Origin: an uncultured Syntrophobacter sp.
Lineage (GTDB): Bacteria; Desulfobacterota; Binatia; UBA9968
Direction: 5' to 3'
Assembly (NCBI GenBank): GCA_964478485.1
Contig: CAYZJE010000095.1
Location: forward strand, 1 to 53,707
DNA: 53,707 bases
Shown piece by piece: positions 1-9,040 of this stretch. Position 1 is the first letter of the stretch. Each line of letters starts with the position of its first letter. The notes beneath the pieces were generated by a model. That model saw only the letters and a list, made by a program, of their open reading frames with translations, searched no databases and was not told the origin of the DNA. Both the position numbers and the translations under genes were made by a program.

Positions 1-10
1 TTTGCGGGAG

Positions 11-1258
11 TCATTTCTTATTCTCCTGCTTGGGCGGCAAGATTCCCTGCGGGCGAAAGATCATCATGAGAATCAGAATCAAGCCGAACACCATGCGCTC
101 GTACTTCGCCGGCTCGAACTGCGCCGGCAGATTGGCCAGCGGCAAGTCGCCCAAGAAAGGCAGCGTCAGCACCGCCCCCGATTGGCGCAAGCCGTTGAGC
201 CACAGCGACAAACCTTTGAGCAGTTGTAAGTTAAGAATCGTCACGCCGGTGGCGCCGAGGATGGCGCCGGGGACCGAGCCCATGCCGCCGAGGATGACCA
301 TGGCGAGCACGCCGATGGATTCCATGAAAGTGAAGCTTTCAGGGTTGATAAATACTTGCTTGGCGGCGAACAAGACGCCGACGGCGGAAGCAAACGAGGC
401 GCCGACGGCGAAACCTAAAAGTTTCATGCGCACCACCGGCACACCCATGGCGATGGCGGCGATCTCGTCTTCGCGGATCGCTTTCCAGGCCCGCCCGACA
501 TGCGAGTTTTCCAGACGTCGAGTAACCAAGATAATGAAAAATACCATCACCAGCACGAGAAAGTAAAAGTACAGCGGATAGAGCGCCGCGTCGGCGATCT
601 CCAGGCCGAAGTATTCCAGCAGCGGCTTAAAGAACAGCGGCGGCTTGGCGATCGGCGTGATGCCGCGGGGACCGTTTGTTAAGTTAATCGGCTTGTCGAG
701 ATTATTCGCTAGCGCGCGCACTACTTCGGCGAAGCCGAGGGTGACGATGGCGAGATAATCGCCGCGCAGACGTAATACCGGTAAACCCAGCAAAGCGCCG
801 GTCAACGCGCCGACGACAATACTGAGAAGCAAAAAAACAAAAAACCAATTGGGCGAAAGCGGAAACAGCCCGCCGGCAATAAATTGATTAGCGTGCGGCG
901 AGCCGAAAATCGCCCAAAGATAAGCGCCGATGGCGAAAAACGCAACGAAGCCGAGATTGAGCAAACCGACAAAGCCGACGACGATGTTGAGGCCGAGCGC
1001 CAGGGCGACGAAGATGCCGATCTGCACGGCGATTTCTAAATAATAGGCGTTCAGCGTGCCGAGCGCCGGCAGCAGCACCAACAGCACCGTCGCGCCGAGA
1101 ACTGTCTTAGCTCTGTCGCTGACCGGGGCATAGTAAAGCAACAGCAACGAAGCTTCGACGAGTAAGAAGGCGAGCACCGACTGCGGAAAGAGATAAGCGA
1201 GCACACAGCTCGCGATGATATAGACGGACAAGCCGATGACCGCCAGTGGCTGGTTCAT
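11..1258 (-). CDS. livM: Branched-chain amino acid ABC transporter permease, LivM type
   Basis: 415-aa polytopic membrane protein with LivM-like segments (LGLNIVVGFVGLLNLGFVAFFAIGAY, C-terminal FRPQGILP). Start taken at ATG 1258 (MNQPLAV), overlapping the livH stop as ATGA. The 606-aa track ORF is an upstream run-on over livH in another frame. Confidence 0.85.
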   Translation of the reverse strand: MNQPLAVIGLSVYIIASCVLAYLFPQSVLAFLLVEASLLLLYYAPVSDRAKTVLGATVLLVLLPALGTLNAYYLEIAVQIGIFVALALGLNIVVGFVGLLNLGFVAFFAIGAYLWAIFGSPHANQFIAGGLFPLSPNWFFVFLLLSIVVGALTGALLGLPVLRLRGDYLAIVTLGFAEVVRALANNLDKPINLTNGPRGITPIAKPPLFFKPLLEYFGLEIADAALYPLYFYFLVLVMVFFIILVTRRLENSHVGRAWKAIREDEIAAIAMGVPVVRMKLLGFAVGASFASAVGVLFAAKQVFINPESFTFMESIGVLAMVILGGMGSVPGAILGATGVTILNLQLLKGLSLWLNGLRQSGAVLTLPFLGDLPLANLPAQFEPAKYERMVFGLILILMMIFRPQGILPPKQENKK

Positions 1259-2223
1259 GCTTTGCTCTCGCGCACGGTCTCGCCGAGCAGCCCCTTCGGG
1301 CGAAAGATCAGAATCAGGATCAGCACCAGGAATGCCACGACGTCTTTGTACTCCGCGCCGAAAGCGCCATCGGTCATGAGCGATAGATAAGAAGCCGCGA
1401 AGGCTTCGAGCAAGCCGAGCAGCATGCCGCCCACCATGGCGCCGGGGATATTGCCGATGCCGCCAAGCACCGCGGCGGTAAACGCCTTCATGCCGGGGAC
1501 AAAACCGCTGTAGGGATTGACCAAGCTGTAGTGAATGCCGAACAACACGCCGGCCAAGCCGCCGAGCGCGCCGCCGACGAAAAAGGTCAACGCGATTACT
1601 CTCTTGACCGGCACGCCCATCAGCGACGCCGTGTCGGGATCCTGCGCCACGGCGCGAATCGCCGTGCCCATCTTGGTCATGTTGACGAAGACGTGCAGCC
1701 CGACCAGCGTCAACAGCGCGGTGATGATCACCAGCAGCGATTTCACCGGGATCACCAGCGCCGCGGCGATGGGGATATTTTTGTCGAGAAACTCCAGACT
1801 CGGGTAATTGAGATAAAAAGTGTTGCGCCATAAGCTTTCGAACAGACGCAAGCCGTCTTGGAGAAAAAACGACGCGCCGATGGCGGAGATCAACGCGACT
1901 AGTCGCGGCCCGCCCATCAGCGGACGGTAGGCGATGCGCTCCAACGCCATCGCCGCCAGGCCGCTGATGACCATGCCGGTAACGATCACAAGAGAGAGAA
2001 TCACCACAGGGTGCAAAGTCGCCAACTGGCCGGCGCTTTCGAGCAAGAGCAACACTTCAACGCCGACGAAGGCGCCCAGAACGAAAATCTCGCTATGAGC
2101 AAAATTGATAAACTCCAAAACGCCATAGACCATCGTGTAGCCCAAGGCGATCAGAGCATACATGAAGCCGAGAACAATGCCGTCCAGCAGAACTTGAGGA
2201 AAAATTTCCAGTGCTAGTTCCAA
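1255..2223 (-). CDS. livH: Branched-chain amino acid ABC transporter permease, LivH type
   Basis: 322-aa ORF. N-terminus LDGIVLGFMYALIALGYTMVYGVLEFINFAHSE matches LivH-type permeases. Apparent TTG start at 2223; stop overlaps the livM start. Confidence 0.85.
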   Translation of the reverse strand: MELALEIFPQVLLDGIVLGFMYALIALGYTMVYGVLEFINFAHSEIFVLGAFVGVEVLLLLESAGQLATLHPVVILSLVIVTGMVISGLAAMALERIAYRPLMGGPRLVALISAIGASFFLQDGLRLFESLWRNTFYLNYPSLEFLDKNIPIAAALVIPVKSLLVIITALLTLVGLHVFVNMTKMGTAIRAVAQDPDTASLMGVPVKRVIALTFFVGGALGGLAGVLFGIHYSLVNPYSGFVPGMKAFTAAVLGGIGNIPGAMVGGMLLGLLEAFAASYLSLMTDGAFGAEYKDVVAFLVLILILIFRPKGLLGETVRESKA

Positions 2224-2330
2224 GTCGATGCCTTTACGCTTGGCATGCTAACAAATAGTTTTTACTCTGGCTACTGCACTTTCCGCGATATTTGCCGCGA
2301 CTTGAATAAGTTGTCTGCTCCGCCGAGCGG

Positions 2331-2392
2331 AAGGGCGACAAGCCGGTCACCCCTAAATCCCTTTTGCGGTCTTTGCGTTCTTTGCGGCCAAT
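2331..2392 (+). repeat. Composite intergenic repeat, copy 1: imperfect GC hairpin plus 3 x TTTGCGNNC plus AAT
   Basis: GGGCGAC (2333-2339) / GTCACCC (2346-2352) hairpin. Then TTTGCGGTC (2363-2371), TTTGCGTTC (2372-2380), TTTGCGGCC (2381-2389), AAT. The 22-mer CTTTGCGTTCTTTGCGGCCAAT (2371-2392) is identical to 50504-50525. Confidence 0.85.
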
Positions 2393-2398
2393 CTTCCA

Positions 2399-2426
2399 TT
2401 GGCAAGCGGCGGCGATTACGTATATT
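2399..2426 (+). promoter_or_regulatory. Candidate sigma70-type promoter of the AsmA-family gene
   Basis: TTGGCA (2399-2404), 16-nt spacer, TATATT (2421-2426); ATG at 2450. Hexamer match only, no experimental support. Confidence 0.45.
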
Positions 2427-2449
2427 CATTTACCTGTTGGGTCGATGCC

Positions 2450-4024
2450 ATGCCGGAAGTTGTCTCATCACCGACCGAAAGCGCCCCACCGCGCCGCCGG
2501 TTAATTAAGAAAGCCGCCTGGATCGGTTTGGGCGTCCTAGGTTGCTTACTCGCGCTGATTCTGGTCGCGCCGCACTTCGTCGACCTGGGATTATTCAAAC
2601 GCACCTATCTGCCGTTGCTGGAGGAAGCTCTTAACCGCCGCATCGATGTCGACGAGGTGCATCTGAGTCTAGTGCCAACACCGGCGATTAGCTTGTCGAA
2701 ATTAACCGTCTCCGACAGCGCCGCCTTCGCCGACAATACTTTTTTCTCGGCGCGGCAAATTCGCTTGAAGTTGAGATTCCTGCCGCTATTGCGCGGCCGC
2801 TTCGAAATCACCGAGCTGGTGCTCGACAAACCGATTTTCAACTTGCTCAAGCAGCCGGACGGCTCTTTCAACTATGCCGACATCGGCAGCAAGAAAACCC
2901 CCGTCATTGTCCGGCGCGAGGTCAGAAAGAACACCGAGACCGCTAAGCCGACCGACACCGCAGCCGCCTATGTGGCGATTCCCAATCGCGTGCGGGTTCA
3001 AGATGGCGAGATCAATGTGATCACCAAGGGGCTCGCCCCAGTCAACATCAAAGGCATCGACTTAACGCTGCAAGAATTTGCCGGCGCGGACCCCTTTCCG
3101 TTCCGGCTCGCGTTCAATTACCCCGGCCTCAAAACCATTTCGCTGGAGGGCCAGCTCAATTATCAAGAAGAAAAGGCGCTCCTCGAGCTCAAGAACAATC
3201 GTCTGAAAGTTTCGGACCTGACCTTTCCCGTAGAGGGACATGTGAGCAATCTGGCGACCACGCCACGGCTCAGTTTGAGCCTCAACAGCGACCGTGTCGA
3301 GGTCAAATCGGTGTTGCCGATCCTGGCGACCTTCGGTCTGGCACCGCGCGACATCGAGATTGCCGGCCCCATGGCGCTCTACATGAGTGTCACCGGACCG
3401 TCGAATAGTCTGGTCACCCAAGTGCGTGGACTGTTCAAGGACGTTAGAGTCCAAGGCAAGCGCGCCCTCAAGGGCATCTTGAGCGGCACGGTGGAGCTTC
3501 GCTTGCCGCTCGGCGCCGGTGCGATCACGCGCCGTTTGCAAGGCAGCGGTAAACTGGCGGCTCGCGACGGCGAGCTGACCAACGTCGACCTGATCAAAAA
3601 AATTCAGCGTGTCACCGGCATGATCGGTCTTTCGAAGGATGAGCGGCGTGAGGTCACCACATTCCAGCGGCTCGAAGCGGACTTTACCGTACACGACGGC
3701 CTCGCCGATTTTTCCCGGGTCTTTTTAATCAATCCGCAAATGGAAGTCGATGGCAACGGTACCCTGACGCTGGAGCAGCCGACATTGAGCATGGAACTTC
3801 GCACCACACTTTCAGCGCAAACCTCGGCGCGGCTCGGCCGCGGCCGAGCCGCGGCCTTTTTCAAAGACAGCCAAGGCCGGGTCGTCGTGCCGCTCAAAGT
3901 CAGCGGCCCGTTGGAGAATCCAGCGATGAATTTGCACAGCGAAAAATTGCTGGAGTCCGGCGTACCGAAAGGCGCGGAGAAAGGCCTCGGCTCGTTTTTT
4001 AAAGGACTATTTCGCGGCCGCTAA
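2450..4024 (+). CDS. AsmA-family protein (outer-membrane biogenesis / lipid transport family)
   Basis: N-terminal signal anchor (AAWIGLGVLGCLLALILVAP) followed by an AsmA-like pattern: HFVDLGLFKRTYLPLLEEALNRRIDVDEVHLSLVPTPAISLSKLTV ... LRGRFEITELVLDKPIFNLLKQPDGSFNY. First ATG at 2450; the track ORF begins at an upstream TTG. Confidence 0.75.
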   Translation: MPEVVSSPTESAPPRRRLIKKAAWIGLGVLGCLLALILVAPHFVDLGLFKRTYLPLLEEALNRRIDVDEVHLSLVPTPAISLSKLTVSDSAAFADNTFFSARQIRLKLRFLPLLRGRFEITELVLDKPIFNLLKQPDGSFNYADIGSKKTPVIVRREVRKNTETAKPTDTAAAYVAIPNRVRVQDGEINVITKGLAPVNIKGIDLTLQEFAGADPFPFRLAFNYPGLKTISLEGQLNYQEEKALLELKNNRLKVSDLTFPVEGHVSNLATTPRLSLSLNSDRVEVKSVLPILATFGLAPRDIEIAGPMALYMSVTGPSNSLVTQVRGLFKDVRVQGKRALKGILSGTVELRLPLGAGAITRRLQGSGKLAARDGELTNVDLIKKIQRVTGMIGLSKDERREVTTFQRLEADFTVHDGLADFSRVFLINPQMEVDGNGTLTLEQPTLSMELRTTLSAQTSARLGRGRAAAFFKDSQGRVVVPLKVSGPLENPAMNLHSEKLLESGVPKGAEKGLGSFFKGLFRGR

Positions 4025-4101
4025 GCCGGAGCGGCATCCGCTCGATGACTGTCCGACAAATTTTTGAAAGATCTTGCGCCCCGATCCGATACAATAATAC
4101 G

Positions 4102-4138
4102 ACAGCCCGCCGGATCTTTGAGATCGCGCGCGGGCTGT
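4102..4138. terminator. Hairpin between the convergent AsmA-family gene and rplQ (candidate bidirectional terminator)
   Basis: ACAGCCCGC (4102-4110) pairs with GCGGGCTGT (4130-4138). Followed by TTTCGT on the + strand and by U-rich CGUAUUAUUGUAU on the - strand. Confidence 0.45.
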
Positions 4139-4167
4139 TTCGTGAGATGATTATGTCGAGCTGAATT

Positions 4168-4617
4168 CTACGCGGCGGCGACTTGCTGCTGCTGTTGCTG
4201 GCGTTCGCGGCGGCGCGCTCGGCGGCCCTTTTTCTCACCGCCCGCGGCTGCGCTGGCGCTTTCATTGCCGACCAATTCGATGAGCGCCATCTTTGCGGCG
4301 TCGCCGTGGCGCACGCCGAGCTTGATGATTCGGGTATAGCCGCCGGGACGTTCCTTGAAGCGCGGGCCGATGGTGTCGAACAGTTTTTGCACTACGGTTT
4401 TGTCTTGGACGATGGCCGCCGCTTGGCGGCGCGCGTGCAGATCGCCGCGTTTGCCCAGCGTGATCACGCGCTCGACCCAGCGGCGCAATTCTTTGGCTTT
4501 GGGATCGGTGGTTTGAATCTTCTCCTCGCGCAGGAGCGCGGTGATCAGGTTGCGCATCAGCGCCCAGCGATGGCTGGAGTTGCGACTCAGTTGTCTTCCT
4601 GACTTCAGATGGCGCAT
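4168..4617 (-). CDS. rplQ: 50S ribosomal protein L17
   Basis: [24 protein letters not shown] is the canonical L17 N-terminus. Follows rpoA. Carries about 33 extra C-terminal residues ending [15 protein letters not shown]. Confidence 0.97.
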   Translation of the reverse strand: MRHLKSGRQLSRNSSHRWALMRNLITALLREEKIQTTDPKAKELRRWVERVITLGKRGDLHARRQAAAIVQDKTVVQKLFDTIGPRFKERPGGYTRIIKLGVRHGDAAKMALIELVGNESASAAAGGEKKGRRARRRERQQQQQQVAAA

Positions 4618-4620
4618 GGT

Positions 4621-5649
4621 CTAGACCTGTTCTTTCTCAGCGGCGCGCTTGCGCGCGTCGATCTCATCGCGCGTCGGGAAATGATCGACCTTCATGCCCA
4701 GCTCGAGGCCCATTTCCCTGAGGATCTCTTTGATTTCGTTTAACGATTTATGGCCGAAATTTTTCGTCTGGAGCATCTCCTGCTCGCTCTTCTGCACCAG
4801 CTCGCCGATGTATTTGATGTCGGCGTTCTGCAGACAATTTTGCGAACGCACCGAGAATTCGAGCTCGTCGACGCTGCGGAACAGATTGTCATTGAGCGGG
4901 ATCGCCGGGCCGTTGTCGTTCTTTTCCGGGCGCGGCTCTTCTTGGAAGTTCACGTAGATGCTGACTTGGTCCTGCAAGATTTTCGCGGCAAAGGCCATCG
5001 CGTCGTCCGGCTTGACGCTGCCGTCGGTATGCACCTCGAAAACCAGCCGGTCGTAATCCGTGCGCTGGCCGACCCGCGCGTTGGTCACCGTGAAATTGAC
5101 TTTCTGCACCGGCGCGAAAACCGCGTCAATAAAAATCGTGTCGACTGGCGCGCCCTCTTCCTTGTTTCTCTCTGCCGGCACGTAGCCGCGGCCGAGCTTG
5201 ACCAGCATTTCCATGTCGAGCCTGGCGTCGCGCGACAAGGTGGCGATCTTGTGGTCCGGGTTTAAGATCTCGACTGCCGGCGGCGCGATGATATCCTTGG
5301 CGTAAATGACGGCCGGCCCTTTGGCGTCGATCTTGAGCGTCTGCTGCTCGGACTCATTGAGACGCAAACGCACTTCTTTTAGATTAAGAATGATGTCGGC
5401 GACATCTTCGGTGACGCCCGCCACGGTGGAGAATTCATGGAGGATATTTTTGATCCGCACCGCGACAATCGACCCGCCCATGAGCGAGGAAAGCAAAATG
5501 CGCCGGAGCGAATTGCCGATGGTTTGGCCGAAACCGCGCTCGAAAGGCTCGGCGGAAAACCGGCCGTAGGTCGAGGTCAAGGTTTTTTCTTCTACCTCCA
5601 GCTTTTTAGGCTTAATCAAATCCGTCCAATGTCTGTACACTGTCGACAT
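4621..5649 (-). CDS. rpoA: DNA-directed RNA polymerase subunit alpha
   Basis: 342 aa; N-terminal assembly domain and C-terminal domain ([24 protein letters not shown]). Positioned between rpsD and rplQ. Confidence 0.98.
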   Translation of the reverse strand: MSTVYRHWTDLIKPKKLEVEEKTLTSTYGRFSAEPFERGFGQTIGNSLRRILLSSLMGGSIVAVRIKNILHEFSTVAGVTEDVADIILNLKEVRLRLNESEQQTLKIDAKGPAVIYAKDIIAPPAVEILNPDHKIATLSRDARLDMEMLVKLGRGYVPAERNKEEGAPVDTIFIDAVFAPVQKVNFTVTNARVGQRTDYDRLVFEVHTDGSVKPDDAMAFAAKILQDQVSIYVNFQEEPRPEKNDNGPAIPLNDNLFRSVDELEFSVRSQNCLQNADIKYIGELVQKSEQEMLQTKNFGHKSLNEIKEILREMGLELGMKVDHFPTRDEIDARKRAAEKEQV

Positions 5650-5672
5650 AGTATCTCCCCAAATTTCGAAGC

Positions 5673-6299
5673 TTACTTCGAATATAATTCAACGATGAGT
5701 TTTTCGTTGATCGGCATCGTAATATCGCTGCGCGCCGGTAAGATCTTGATCCGTCCGCTGCAGGCGTCGCGGTCGACGTCGGCCCAGTCAGGCACGCCGC
5801 GCCGTTGCGCGCCTTCCACGGCGGAAGCCACCCGGCTGATCTGGCGGCTCGATTCTTTCACCGACACCACATCGCCGACCCGGACGGTGAACGACGGGAT
5901 ATTCACTCTTCGGCCATTGACTAAAATATGACCGTGCCGCACCAACAAGCGCGCTTCGGCGCGTGAGCTGGCGAAGCCCAGACGGTAGGCCACGTTGTCG
6001 AGACGCCGTTCGAGCAAGACCAACAAAGTCTCGCCGGTGATGCCCTTGGTGCGCGCCGCCTCGGTGAAGGTGCGGCGAAACTGATTTTCCAACAAGCCGT
6101 ACATGCGCTTGACCTTCTGTTTCTCGCGCAGTTGCAAGCTATACTCGGAGAACTTCGGCCGGCCCTGGCCATGCTCCCCGGGCGGATAGTTGCGCCGTTC
6201 GATGGCGCACTTGTCGGTATAACAGCGCTCTCCTTTAAGAAAGAGCTTCATATTTTCGCGCCTGCAAAGCCGGCACACAGAATCGGTATTTCTAGCCAA
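5673..6299 (-). CDS. rpsD: 30S ribosomal protein S4 (Cys4 zinc-finger form)
   Basis: [31 protein letters not shown] matches the S4 N-terminus. Apparent TTG start at 6299, with GAGGAGGA about 9 nt upstream. Confidence 0.96.
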   Translation of the reverse strand: MARNTDSVCRLCRRENMKLFLKGERCYTDKCAIERRNYPPGEHGQGRPKFSEYSLQLREKQKVKRMYGLLENQFRRTFTEAARTKGITGETLLVLLERRLDNVAYRLGFASSRAEARLLVRHGHILVNGRRVNIPSFTVRVGDVVSVKESSRQISRVASAVEGAQRRGVPDWADVDRDACSGRIKILPARSDITMPINEKLIVELYSK

Positions 6300-6320
6300 A
6301 CCTAATTCCTCCTCTACAGA

Positions 6321-6749
6321 TCAAACGCGTCGGCGCTTGGGCGGACGGCAGCCGTTATGCGGGATCGGCGTGACGTCCTTGATTAAACTGATGTTGATGC
6401 CCGCGGACTGCAGCGCGCGCAGCGCCGACTCGCGTCCCGCTCCTGGCCCACGCACGAAAATTTGCACAGTGCGCAGCCCGTGATCCATGGCCTTGCGCGC
6501 GGCGCTATCGGCCGCCTGCTGCGCCGCGAACGGCGTGCCCTTGCGCGAGCCCTTAAAGCCCATCGCGCCGGCGCTGGACCAGGAGATCACGTTGCCCTGA
6601 TAGTCGCTGATCGTCACGATGGTGTTGTTGAAGGTCGAGTGAATGTGCACCACCCCTTCGGCAATGTTTTTGCGCCCGCGTTTCTTGCGCGCCGCCCGAT
6701 CGGCGGCTTTCTGATCGGCTTGCTGTTTCTCGTCCGTGGCGTCGGCCAT
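6321..6749 (-). CDS. rpsK: 30S ribosomal protein S11
   Basis: [18 protein letters not shown] ... [13 protein letters not shown] are canonical S11 motifs. N-terminus is about 12 aa longer than E. coli S11. Confidence 0.97.
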   Translation of the reverse strand: MADATDEKQQADQKAADRAARKKRGRKNIAEGVVHIHSTFNNTIVTISDYQGNVISWSSAGAMGFKGSRKGTPFAAQQAADSAARKAMDHGLRTVQIFVRGPGAGRESALRALQSAGINISLIKDVTPIPHNGCRPPKRRRV

Positions 6750-6794
6750 TTTGTACTCCTAATTACCCTCTTGTTAACCCCATTAACCCCACTT

Positions 6795-7178
6795 TTAACC
6801 CTTGGATGGCGACGTTTTCTTGCCGGCGACCGTCTTGCGCGGCCCTTTGCGCGTGCGCGCGTTGGTGTGGGTGCGCTGTCCGTGCACCGGCAAATTTCTC
6901 CGGTGGCGCATGCCGCGATAGGAACCCATGTCCAAGTGCCGTTTGATGTTCGCGGTCACGTCGCGGCGCAAGTCGCCCTCGACCTTTACGCCCTGATCGA
7001 GCACCTGGCGAATTTTGGCTACGTCATCGTCGCTGAGGTCATCCGTTTTCACATTTAAGGAGACCCCCGCCTGCTTCAAGATATCCCGCGAAGAGTTGCG
7101 CCCGATGCCGTAAATATAAGTCAGCGCGATTTCAATGCGCTTGGCTCTGGGAAGATCCACACCTGCGATACGTGCCAT
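6795..7178 (-). CDS. rpsM: 30S ribosomal protein S13
   Basis: [26 protein letters not shown] is the canonical S13 N-terminus. Confidence 0.97.
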   Translation of the reverse strand: MARIAGVDLPRAKRIEIALTYIYGIGRNSSRDILKQAGVSLNVKTDDLSDDDVAKIRQVLDQGVKVEGDLRRDVTANIKRHLDMGSYRGMRHRRNLPVHGQRTHTNARTRKGPRKTVAGKKTSPSKG

Positions 7179-7236
7179 AGGTCCTCACTCCGTTCGGAAT
7201 TTCAAAATGCCAATTCCAGATTACCAATAAAATCGA

Positions 7237-7350
7237 TTACCCCTGGCGCTGTTTGTGTTTGGTGTTTTCACACAAGACACGCACTACGCCCTTGCGTCTG
7301 ATCACTTTACACTTGTTACAAATCTTTTTGACCGATGCTCTAACCTTCAC
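7237..7350 (-). CDS. rpmJ: 50S ribosomal protein L36 (zinc-binding form)
   Basis: Not in the ORF track (37 aa). Manual translation from GTG 7350 gives (M)[36 protein letters not shown], stop TAA at 7237-7239. Lies between infA and rpsM as expected. Confidence 0.93.
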   Translation of the reverse strand: MKVRASVKKICNKCKVIRRKGVVRVLCENTKHKQRQG

Positions 7351-7364
7351 GACCGCTCCTCTTT

Positions 7365-7583
7365 TTAACGCTCCCGGAAAACGATCCGTCCGCGCGCCAA
7401 GTCGTACGGCGACAGCTCGATTTTGACCTTGTCCCCCGGTAGGATCTTGATGTAATGCATGCGCATCTTACCCGATATATGAGCCAGCACCTTGTGGCCG
7501 TTGTCCAGCGTGACTCGAAACATCGCGTTGGGCAGGGTTTCCAAAACGGTACCGGTCACTTCAATGGCGTCTTCTTTTGGCAT
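7365..7583 (-). CDS. infA: Translation initiation factor IF-1
   Basis: 72 aa; [24 protein letters not shown] ... [15 protein letters not shown] is canonical IF-1. Confidence 0.97.
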   Translation of the reverse strand: MPKEDAIEVTGTVLETLPNAMFRVTLDNGHKVLAHISGKMRMHYIKILPGDKVKIELSPYDLARGRIVFRER

Positions 7584-7616
7584 AATTTGCCCAGCCGAGT
7601 TAAAATCTCGCCGTGT

Positions 7617-8375
7617 TTAGAGTTGACTCAAAATATACGGGCCGTTTTTAGTTATCGCCACCGAATGTTCGAAGTGGGCGGCTAAGCTACCATCTTTGGT
7701 CACCGCCGTCCAGCCATCGTCCTTGATCTCGACTTCGTAACCGCCGACGTTGACCATCGGCTCAATCGCTAGCACCATGCCTTCTCTTAATCGCAGGCCG
7801 CGATCCGGCTCGCCATAGTTTGGCACCGGCGGCTCTTCGTGGAGCTTCTTGCCGATGCCATGACCGACAAAGGCTCGCACCACGGAGTAGCCTGCGTTCT
7901 CGGCAATTTTCTGCACCACCGAACCCAGATCACCGAGCCGCTTGCCGTCGTGGAGTTGCTCGATGCCCTTGTAAAGCGACTCCTCGGTGACCTCCATCAA
8001 GCGCTGCGCTTCTTTACTGACTCTGCCAATGCCCACGGTCACCGCCGAGTCGCCGTAGAAGCCCTCGTAAATGACTCCGTAGTCGAGGCCGATGATGTCT
8101 CCGTCACGCAGCGCCCGGTTCGACGGTATGCCGTGCACGATCTCATCATTGACCGAAGCGCACAGGCAATGGCGATACACTCGGCCGGCAACGTTGTAGC
8201 CTTTAAACGCCGGAATCGCCTTTCGCCTTAGCGTCTGCTCTTCAGCCAGCGTATCCAACTCTAAAGTCGTTACCCCTGGCGCCACCCGCTGCTTGAGCTC
8301 TTGCAAGACCTCGGCAACGATCACGTTCGCTCGCCTCATGATCTCGATTTCTCGAGCCGACTTGAGCGATATCAC
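7617..8375 (-). CDS. map: Type I methionine aminopeptidase
   Basis: 252 aa, MAP family (KSAREIEIMRRAN, VHGIP, GHGIG). Apparent GTG start overlapping the adk stop. Sits between adk and infA. Confidence 0.93.
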   Translation of the reverse strand: MISLKSAREIEIMRRANVIVAEVLQELKQRVAPGVTTLELDTLAEEQTLRRKAIPAFKGYNVAGRVYRHCLCASVNDEIVHGIPSNRALRDGDIIGLDYGVIYEGFYGDSAVTVGIGRVSKEAQRLMEVTEESLYKGIEQLHDGKRLGDLGSVVQKIAENAGYSVVRAFVGHGIGKKLHEEPPVPNYGEPDRGLRLREGMVLAIEPMVNVGGYEVEIKDDGWTAVTKDGSLAAHFEHSVAITKNGPYILSQL

Positions 8376-9037
8376 CGAAGCGAATCTCCCAAAGCGTCGA
8401 TGACCCGAGCGCGAATCTGGTCGATCTCGCCAACCCCGTCGATCGTTCGCAATAGACCGCGCTCGCGGTAGTACTGCACCAGTGGCGCGGTTTGCTTTTC
8501 GTACACCTGCAGACGATGGGCGATCGTCTGCTCTTTATCGTCATCGCGCTGGTACAGTTCGCCGCCGCAACGGTCGCAAACCCCCTCCGCCTTGGGAGGA
8601 TTGAAAGCGACATGACACAGTGCGCCGCATTGGCGGCAGGTACGCCGGCCCGCCAGCCTTTCGACGACAATGGCCTGCGCTACTTGAACCGACAACACAC
8701 AGTTCAAGTTTTGCCCCGAGTTCTTGAGAATCTCATCCAGACTCTCGGCCTGCGGAATCGTCCGCGGAAAGCCGTCGAGGAGAAATCCCTTGGCGCAGTC
8801 CGGTTCTTTCAAGCGCTCGACGACTAGGTTGACGATCACGCTGTCCGGCACCAAAGCGCCGCTATTGATGAATCCCGCCGCCTGCTGGCCAAGTGGTGTT
8901 TGTTCCGCCACGGCCTTGCGCAGAATATCGCCAGTCGAGATCTGCGCCGCGCCAAGCATCTCTTGGAGCAGTTTCGCTTGGGTTCCCTTTCCGGCGCCTG
9001 GAGGACCCAGCAGAACAACCCGTGGTGCCGCCGCCAA
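8372..9037 (-). CDS. adk: Adenylate kinase (Cys4 zinc-lid form)
   Basis: P-loop LLGPPGAGKGTQ; lid CRQCG ... CDRCGGEL. Apparent TTG start at 9037, 3 nt after the secY stop. Confidence 0.95.
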   Translation of the reverse strand: MAAAPRVVLLGPPGAGKGTQAKLLQEMLGAAQISTGDILRKAVAEQTPLGQQAAGFINSGALVPDSVIVNLVVERLKEPDCAKGFLLDGFPRTIPQAESLDEILKNSGQNLNCVLSVQVAQAIVVERLAGRRTCRQCGALCHVAFNPPKAEGVCDRCGGELYQRDDDKEQTIAHRLQVYEKQTAPLVQYYRERGLLRTIDGVGEIDQIRARVIDALGDSLR

Positions 9038-9040
9038 GGT

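Noticed and set aside
1-14. Start of a further minus-strand gene (ATG at 14, overlapping the livM stop as ATGA; MTPA...), plausibly the ABC ATPase livG
   Set aside because: Only 4-5 codons are inside the window. Plausible from operon logic but not supportable from sequence.
11-1831. 606-aa ORF suggesting a much longer LivM
   Set aside because: The first about 190 codons overlap livH in another frame and translate to Arg/Gly-rich nonsense. The membrane protein begins at ATG 1258, with an ATGA overlap to livH.
2363-2389. Could the tandem 9-nt (2363-2389, 50496-50522) or 14-nt (48681-48900) repeats be CRISPR arrays?
   Set aside because: The units are directly adjacent with no spacers, are far shorter than CRISPR repeats, occur only 3 times each, and no cas genes are present.
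7213-7223. Exact 11-mer AATTCCAGATT shared between 7213-7223 and 51972-51982
   Set aside because: Many chance 11-mer matches are expected in about 107 kb of two-strand sequence, and both sites are low-complexity AT-rich DNA. Mentioned only as context for the AT-rich intergenic patches.
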